From Gemmatimonadota bacterium (GTDB taxonomy: Bacteria; Gemmatimonadota; Gemmatimonadetes; Longimicrobiales; Gaopeijiaceae): DNA of 45,847 nucleotides. Of the stretch, positions 39,933 through 45,847 are shown one piece after another. The notes under the pieces were generated by a model. The model did not search any database. It was not told where the DNA came from and saw nothing but the letters and a program-made list of their open reading frames with translations. The position numbers and the translations under genes were made by a program. Numbering within the stretch: the first letter of the stretch is position 1; each line of letters starts with the position of its first letter. Where the stretch lies: contig JBDHHQ010000030.1 of NCBI GenBank assembly GCA_039589315.1, positions 1 through 45,847 of the forward strand, in the 5' to 3' direction.

Positions 39933-41474
39933 ATGACCCGAACGAGAGCCTCCGCGAGCGTCCTGGCTGCCGCGCTGATCTGCGCCGGCGGAAGCGCCTC
40001 GGCCCAGGAGCCCCCTCCCGCAGGGGCGGACCCCGGGGCACCCGGCCTCGACCTGCCCGTCGTGGAGCACACCCTCGACAACGGCATGCGCTTCCTGGTC
40101 CTGCCCACCGAGGGGGCCCCGACGGTCTCGTTCGTGGTCCAGTTCGCGGTGGGTGGCGTGAACGAGGTGTTGGGGAACACGGGAATCGCCCACGTCCTGG
40201 AGCACATGCTGTTCAAGGGCACCACCACGGTGGGGACCACCGACCTCGAGGCCGAGCTCGCCTTGTTCGAGCGGATGGACGCGCTCCACGACTCCGTGCT
40301 CCTGGCACTGGGTCGGCAGCCCCGGCCCGACTCGGTCCGAGCCGCGCAACTGGCCCGACGCATCCGCGAGCTGGAGGACTCCGCCCGGGCTCACGTCGTG
40401 AGCAACGAGATGGACCGTATCCTCTCGAGCAACGGCGCCCGCAGCCTCAACGCGACCACCGACTACGAGTCCACGACCTACTTCGTCCAACTGCCGGCCA
40501 ACCGGGCTCGTCTCTGGTTCGTGCTCGAGTCCGACCGGATGCAGAATCCCGTTTTTCGGGAGTTCTACACCGAGCGGGACGTCGTGACGGAGGAGCGGCG
40601 CATGCGGGTGGAGACGAGCCCCGGCGGCCTTCTCTACGAGGCCCATCTGGGCACGGCCTTCCAGATGCACCCCTACGGCGTTCCGGTGGTCGGGTACATG
40701 TCCGATCTGCAGGCGCTCGGCCGGGCGGACGTCGAGGCCTACTACCGACGTTACTACGGCCCCAACAATGCCGTGGTCGCCATCGTCGGCGACCTCGAGC
40801 CGGACAGCGTGGTGGCGTGGGCCGACGCCTACTTCAGCCGGATTCCGCCGGGAGACGTGCCGCCGCCCGTCCTGGCGGCCGAGCCCCCGCAGCGCGGCGA
40901 GAGACGCGTCGAAGTCGCTTTCGACGCCGAACCGCAGCTCCGGATCGGCTGGCACGTCGGGAGCGTCTTTCACGACGACGCCCCTGCGTTGACCATGCTG
41001 TCGTACTTGTTGACCGGCGGTCGGACAGGACGCCTGTACCGGCGCCTCGTGGTGGAGGACCGGCTCGCCACCTTCGTGAGCGCCAGTCCCGCGCCCGGCA
41101 GTCGCTACCCGCGCCTCTTCGTGATCCAGGCGACGCCCCGCGCTCCCCACACGGCAGCCGAGGTGGAGCGGGCCGTCTACGAGGAGCTGGATCGGCTCGG
41201 CGCCGAGCCCCCGGACCCCTCCGACCTCGAGCGGGTGCGTCGCCAACTGGAGGCGGCGGACATCCGCCGCCTGCGCTCCAACCTCGGGCTGGCCTTCCAG
41301 CTCGCCGGGTCGGCCTCCCTGTTCGGCGACTGGCGGACCACGTTTCGGCTCTCCCAGCGCATTCGTGACGTCACGCCGGGGGACGTGGCCCGAGTGGTCC
41401 GCGCCAACCTCCAGGCCGAGAATCGCACGGTGGCGACCCTCGTGACGACTCGGTCTGCGGGAGGCGGCTCATGA
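39933..41474 (+). CDS. M16 family zinc peptidase, catalytic subunit, secreted
   Basis: Signal peptide ending ASA|Q; inverted zinc motif HVLEH; NATT, ESDRM, VTEERR. Start ATG 39933. Confidence 0.92.
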   Translation: MTRTRASASVLAAALICAGGSASAQEPPPAGADPGAPGLDLPVVEHTLDNGMRFLVLPTEGAPTVSFVVQFAVGGVNEVLGNTGIAHVLEHMLFKGTTTVGTTDLEAELALFERMDALHDSVLLALGRQPRPDSVRAAQLARRIRELEDSARAHVVSNEMDRILSSNGARSLNATTDYESTTYFVQLPANRARLWFVLESDRMQNPVFREFYTERDVVTEERRMRVETSPGGLLYEAHLGTAFQMHPYGVPVVGYMSDLQALGRADVEAYYRRYYGPNNAVVAIVGDLEPDSVVAWADAYFSRIPPGDVPPPVLAAEPPQRGERRVEVAFDAEPQLRIGWHVGSVFHDDAPALTMLSYLLTGGRTGRLYRRLVVEDRLATFVSASPAPGSRYPRLFVIQATPRAPHTAAEVERAVYEELDRLGAEPPDPSDLERVRRQLEAADIRRLRSNLGLAFQLAGSASLFGDWRTTFRLSQRIRDVTPGDVARVVRANLQAENRTVATLVTTRSAGGGS

Positions 41475-42955
41475 CGCTGCGGTCGGCGCCCCGCTCAGCC
41501 GCGGCCCTGGCTTCCCTCGCCGTCGTGGCTGTTCCGGCGACGCTGGCCGCGCCGCCCCTCCTGGCCCAGGATCCGCCGTCCGTCGGCAGAGACGCCGCCC
41601 TGGCCCTGGAGTACCCGCCTCTGTCCTTCGAACCCCCCCGGGCTCGGCTCGAGCACGTGGCCGGAGGGGTTCCGGTCCTGTTCGTGGAGGACCACCGGCT
41701 GCCCCTCGTGAGCGTGTTCGCCCGCTTCAAGGGGGGATACGGCCTCTTTCCACGGGAGCGGTACGCGGCCGCCACCGCTCTCCCCGCTCTCCTACGAAAC
41801 GGCGGCACCACCGCCCTGCCCCCCGACTCGGTGGACCACCGGCTGGAGTCCCTGGCCGTGAGCACCTCCTTCGGATCGGGAGGCGAGAGCATGTTCGCGA
41901 GCATGAACGTGCTGACCCCGGTCCTGGACGAGGCTCTCTCGTTGTGGTCGGACATCCTCCGTGGGCCGCGCTTCGACTCGGTGCAGATCGAAGTCTGGCG
42001 GGGCCGAGAGCTCGAGAGCGTCGTGAGACGGCTGGATGATCCTCGGCGGTTGGCCTTCTCGGAGTTCAACCGCCTCATGTACGGCGATCATCCTACAGGA
42101 TGGGAGATGGAGGCCGCGGACCTCGATCCGGAGGACCTCCGGCCCGAGCTCCTGCGGGCGATCCACCGGGAGGTGTTCTGCCTCGACAACCTGGTCCTGG
42201 GCGTCACCGGGGACGTCGGCTGGGACGAGGCCCGGGGTCGGCTGGAGGACTTTCTCGAAGGGTGGCTTCCCTGCCCCGGTCCGCTGCCCGAGCCACCCCA
42301 GCCGCGAATCCGTCGCGAGCCCGGAGTCTACCTGATCCCCCGAGACCTGAGCCAGAGCACGGTGGTCATGGCCCATGCCACCGAGGTCCGGCGAGGAGCC
42401 ACCGAGGAGTACTTCGCATCGAGGATCGGCAACGCCATCCTGGGCAACTCCGGCTTTTCGAGCCGACTCCTCTCCCGTGTCCGCACCGAGGCGGGGTACG
42501 CCTACAGCGCCTCGTCCCTCTGGACGACGCCTCGACGGGCTCCGGGCCTCGTGGGCGCCATCACGCAGACCCGCAGCGAGACCACGGTCGCGGCCGTTCG
42601 GCTGATTCTGGAGACCATCGGCGAGATGACCGAGGCACCGCCCTCGCCGGAGGAGGTCGCACTGGCCGTCGACCAGACCGTGAACGGCTTCGTGTTCAAC
42701 TTCGAGAACCCCTCCCAGGTCGTCTCCAGGCAGATGCTCTACCTGGCCCAGGAGCTCCCGCGCGATTGGTTGGAGCGATACGTGGACGGCATTCAGGCGG
42801 TGGGGCCCGAGGACGTCGGAGACGTCTTCGCGCGGCACGTCCGCCCCGAGGACATGATCATCCTCGTCGTGGGGCAGCCCGAGGGGTTCGACGAGGGGCT
42901 CGAGGTGTTGGGGGACGTCCGGATCTGGGAGGTGTCCGGGGTCTCGGAGCGGTAG
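41471..42955 (+). CDS. M16 family peptidase-like partner subunit (no HxxEH)
   Basis: Signal-peptide-like N-terminus; M16 fold features; SSRLLSRVRTEAGYAY R/Y motif; no zinc motif. Confidence 0.88.
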   Translation: MTLRSAPRSAAALASLAVVAVPATLAAPPLLAQDPPSVGRDAALALEYPPLSFEPPRARLEHVAGGVPVLFVEDHRLPLVSVFARFKGGYGLFPRERYAAATALPALLRNGGTTALPPDSVDHRLESLAVSTSFGSGGESMFASMNVLTPVLDEALSLWSDILRGPRFDSVQIEVWRGRELESVVRRLDDPRRLAFSEFNRLMYGDHPTGWEMEAADLDPEDLRPELLRAIHREVFCLDNLVLGVTGDVGWDEARGRLEDFLEGWLPCPGPLPEPPQPRIRREPGVYLIPRDLSQSTVVMAHATEVRRGATEEYFASRIGNAILGNSGFSSRLLSRVRTEAGYAYSASSLWTTPRRAPGLVGAITQTRSETTVAAVRLILETIGEMTEAPPSPEEVALAVDQTVNGFVFNFENPSQVVSRQMLYLAQELPRDWLERYVDGIQAVGPEDVGDVFARHVRPEDMIILVVGQPEGFDEGLEVLGDVRIWEVSGVSER

Positions 42956-42969
42956 CGCCCCCGCGGCCC

Positions 42970-43701
42970 TCAGGTGGTCTCCGCGACGTGGATCGCCGCG
43001 ATTCCCGAGGTGATGAGGCGATAGGAGGCACGGGCGAAGCCCGCATCCACCATCAGCGCCGCCAGGTCCCCGGGCCCCGGAAACTCCTTCACCGACTCCG
43101 GCAGATAGGTGTATGCCCAGGGGTGACCGGACACGACCCGCCCGATCACCGGCAGAATCCGGCGAAAGTAGAAGGAATACAGGGTGCGGATCGCCGGGTT
43201 GGGCGGAAGTGTGAACTCGAGAACGACCAGGCGGGCACTGGGCCTCAGGACCCGTCTCAGCTCCGCCAGCCCCGCCGGAAGGTCCGAGAGGTTGCGGACG
43301 CCGAACCCCACCATCGCGCCGTCGAAGACGCCGTCCGGGAACGGGAGCCGGAGCGTGTCACCGCACACGGGCCTCACGGGAAACGCACCGATCTTCCCCA
43401 ACCCCTCGGCGAGCATGGGCCAGGCGAAATCCGACGCCACCACGTCGCCACGGAAACCGTCGCGGTCCGTGAGCTCCAGGCTCAGGTCGTAGGTGCCCGC
43501 ACAGGCATCCAGGTACCGCCCCGCCGGCGCCCGCTCCCAGCCCAGTGAGGATACGGCCCGTCTCCGCCAACGGCGGTCGATTCCCACGCTGAGCACGTGG
43601 TTCAACAGGTCGTACCGGGGTGCGATCTCGGAGAAGATCCGTTGCACCTGCACTTCCCGGTCCGCGCCCGTGGACGGACGGGCCTCGGGGATTGTCGCCA
43701 T
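42970..43701 (-). CDS. menG: Demethylmenaquinone methyltransferase (UbiE/MenG family)
   Basis: FSEIAPRYDLLNHVLS, LDACAGT, GFGVRN, AYTYLPESV. Start ATG 43701. Confidence 0.92.
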   Translation of the reverse strand: MATIPEARPSTGADREVQVQRIFSEIAPRYDLLNHVLSVGIDRRWRRRAVSSLGWERAPAGRYLDACAGTYDLSLELTDRDGFRGDVVASDFAWPMLAEGLGKIGAFPVRPVCGDTLRLPFPDGVFDGAMVGFGVRNLSDLPAGLAELRRVLRPSARLVVLEFTLPPNPAIRTLYSFYFRRILPVIGRVVSGHPWAYTYLPESVKEFPGPGDLAALMVDAGFARASYRLITSGIAAIHVAETT

Positions 43702-43909
43702 GGGGGATCGTGTAGACTTTAGAAAGTGGGCGATCGCTACCAACGGGGTCCGGACTTCTCCCCGATACCCGCCAGCCGGCCGTGGTTCCGGCTCCGGGGC
43801 GGTGCGGGGGCGGCAGATTCGTGCGCCCTCGTGCGTGGGCACATCCGAGTCGGCAACGCCCGCACCGGCAACCCTGAAACCCCCTGACCCTCGCCGCACC
43901 GCATCGTCC

Positions 43910-44500
43910 GTGGACTACGCTTCGATCGACGACAAACAGCTCGCTGCACAGGCGGCGCAGGGCCGCGAAGGCGCGTACCGGGAGCTGCTCGGTCGGTACG
44001 AGCGGCCCGTGTTCTCGCTCGTGTACCGAATGGTGCGGGATCGGACCCTGGCCGAGGATCTGGCGCAGGAGGCCTTCATCCGCGCCTTCAACGCCATCCA
44101 CAGCTACAACCCGCGGTACAAGTTCTCGAGCTGGATCTTCAAGATCGCCAACAACCACACCATCGACCACCTGCGCAGGAAGCGTCTGGACACCGTATCG
44201 ATTCACGGATCCCCGCATGCATCCACACAGGAGGAAGCGGTTCAGACGAGCATCGTCGTGGAGTCCAGCGACGAGAACCCCGAGGAGTTCGTCGAGCACC
44301 GGGAGCTCGGTAGCCTCATCGAGCAGGCCATCGGAGAGCTACGGCCGGAGTACCGGAGCGTGGTGCTGCTCCGGCATGTCGAGGGCTACAGCTACGACGA
44401 GATCGCCGACATCCTCGATCTACCGTTGGGGACGGTGAAGACCTACCTCCACAGGGCTCGGAGCGAGCTGAAGGAGGCCCTGGCCCACCTGGCCTCCTGA
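43910..44500 (+). CDS. ECF RNA polymerase sigma factor (SigW/RpoE-like)
   Basis: AEDLAQEAFIRAF, FSSWIFKIANN, SYDEIADILDLPLGTVKTYLHRAR. Start placed at GTG 43910 (approximate). Confidence 0.93.
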   Translation: MDYASIDDKQLAAQAAQGREGAYRELLGRYERPVFSLVYRMVRDRTLAEDLAQEAFIRAFNAIHSYNPRYKFSSWIFKIANNHTIDHLRRKRLDTVSIHGSPHASTQEEAVQTSIVVESSDENPEEFVEHRELGSLIEQAIGELRPEYRSVVLLRHVEGYSYDEIADILDLPLGTVKTYLHRARSELKEALAHLAS

Positions 44501-44550
44501 GCTCATGGACCGCTTCCCCGTAGAGGGCCCGAATCACCCCGGGAGAATGT

Positions 44551-44577
44551 TGAAACTCCATGCGTCCTGACCCCGTA
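44551..44577 (+). promoter_or_regulatory. ECF-sigma promoter candidate (TGAAAC-N17-CGTA) for the anti-sigma operon
   Basis: TGAAAC 44551-44556, CGTA 44574-44577, 55 nt before GTG 44633 (RBS GAGGAG). Confidence 0.7.
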
Positions 44578-44632
44578 GGGACCACCGGACAAAGAGGCCT
44601 GTGGTGAGCAGGCCGAACCGAGGAGCCGTTTC

Positions 44633-45610
44633 GTGAAGACACACGGACATTTGAGCGCTGAGCACATCCAGGCGTTCCTGGACGGGGCCCTCTCCCAGGG
44701 GGAGATGGCCCTGACCCAGGAGCACTCGGTGTCGTGCGCCCGTTGCCAGGCCGAGATCGAGGCGTGGCGGCTCCTCTTCGACGAGTTGGAGGAGCTCCCC
44801 GAGCTCGCCCCTTCTGTGACGCTGAGCGAGCCCGTCCTCGCCGCCCTTCCGGTCCGGGCCCCTGCGGGGCTCGCCGGCGGGAGCTGGCTGGATTGGCTCT
44901 CGCGCCCCGGCTCGGTGGAGCACCTGGGCCCGGATGCGGTGCAGGCATACCTGGACGGCGCCCTGACTCCGGGCCATCGGGCCCAGTTGAGCGCCCACGT
45001 CACGGATTGCGAGAGCTGCCGGGCCGATGTCACCGGGTGGCAGACCCTGTTCGCCGAGCTGGAGGCCATTGCGGAGGTGACCCCCTCGGCGGGATTCGCC
45101 GAGCGGGTGATGGAACGCGTCCAGATCCGTCCCGCCGTGGCCGTCGCACCGAGGCCTCTGGCCGCACGGGTGCGGGCCTGGGCTCGGTCTTGGGTCCCGA
45201 CCGACCTCCGTCGCCTGGTGCCCGCATGGGCGGGCCGCGTGGTTCCCCGTAGCCGTCGCGCGTGGGCGGTGGTCGCTTCGGTGGCCGCGACACCCACCCT
45301 GGCGGTGGCCGCCGGCGCTTGGCTCCTCTTCTCCCATCCGCTGCTGACGCCCGGATACCTGGCGTCGTACCTGTGGTGGAAGGCCAGCGGCTTGGTCGGT
45401 GCGGTCGCTGGTGGAGCGTGGGGAACGATGATGGACGCCACGGCGGGCCTGCGAAGCAGCGCCGTGACGGAGGCCGTCACCGGCTCCGGCGGCGGCCTGA
45501 TGCTCACGGGGGTCGGCCTCACCGCCTTGATGGCCGCCTCCCTCTGGATCCTCTACCGAAACCTGTTCGCCTCAACGGCACATACGCGCTATGCCCAGAT
45601 CACGTCGTAA
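44633..45610 (+). CDS. Membrane-anchored zinc anti-sigma factor with two tandem zf-HC2 domains
   Basis: HL..AFLDGAL..HSVSCARC and HL..AYLDGAL..HVTDCESC; two or more C-terminal hydrophobic helices; adjacent to the ECF sigma. Confidence 0.88.
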   Translation: MKTHGHLSAEHIQAFLDGALSQGEMALTQEHSVSCARCQAEIEAWRLLFDELEELPELAPSVTLSEPVLAALPVRAPAGLAGGSWLDWLSRPGSVEHLGPDAVQAYLDGALTPGHRAQLSAHVTDCESCRADVTGWQTLFAELEAIAEVTPSAGFAERVMERVQIRPAVAVAPRPLAARVRAWARSWVPTDLRRLVPAWAGRVVPRSRRAWAVVASVAATPTLAVAAGAWLLFSHPLLTPGYLASYLWWKASGLVGAVAGGAWGTMMDATAGLRSSAVTEAVTGSGGGLMLTGVGLTALMAASLWILYRNLFASTAHTRYAQITS

Positions 45611-45847
45611 CCGCGCCCCGACCTGGAGGCGCTCCGGAACGGGCCGCCTGCTCACGCTCGTGGCCTTTGTCGCGCTGCCCACGGCCGGGCTCTCCGGACA
45701 GGAGCGTACCGTAGCGTCGAGCGAGATCGCCGTGTCCGGCAGCTCGGCCTCTCTCAGCGTCCTGTTCTCGGACGATCACGCCCTGGAGATCCGGTTCAGC
45801 GAGGGCACGGTCTACGTGGACGGAGAAGAGGTGGGTGCCTACACCCG
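45591..45847 (+). CDS. Secreted/membrane protein, N-terminal part only (not in ORF track)
   Basis: Open frame from ATG 45591 to window end: MPRSRRNRAPTWRRSGTGRLLTLVAFVALPTAGLSG|QERTVASSEIAVSG...; signal-peptide-like; overlaps the anti-sigma stop. Confidence 0.7.
   Translation, partial: MPRSRRNRAPTWRRSGTGRLLTLVAFVALPTAGLSGQERTVASSEIAVSGSSASLSVLFSDDHALEIRFSEGTVYVDGEEVGAYT

Overview
GC-rich (about 70% by eye), gene-dense bacterial chromosome segment. Gene content and order suggest Gemmatimonadota (inference, not verified). I found no rRNA, tRNA, CRISPR array, phage or IS element. Most of the window is housekeeping. From the left: a long coupled minus-strand run (recA, alaS, hypothetical, CpsB-type phosphatase, gmhA, ferritin-like, SDR, cca, rarA, hflX, DUF2520, pdxJ, LPG-synthase TM protein, ispE); a plus-strand flavoprotein / DedA-DUF547 / TIGR04282 trio; an orphan; a secreted YjbH-like barrel protein behind a sigma-54-type promoter; ltaE; a cytochrome c maturation operon with a CxxxY-type CcmE (System I*); glmM-glmS-dtd-maf-mtnA-glpK-TIGR00725; a metB-like gene, M48 protease, purD-ybjQ-mutM, an M16 peptidase pair and menG; and an ECF sigma factor with an anti-sigma carrying two tandem HxxxCxxC zinc domains. 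The best non-obvious signal is an identical TGAAAC-N17-CGTA element upstream of both the anti-sigma gene and the M48 protease gene, about 8.4 kb apart, which outlines a candidate ECF regulon. Also notable: an internal RBS/start plus signal peptide inside the DedA-DUF547 fusion, and a TTCG-N7-TTCG repeat over the recA promoter.
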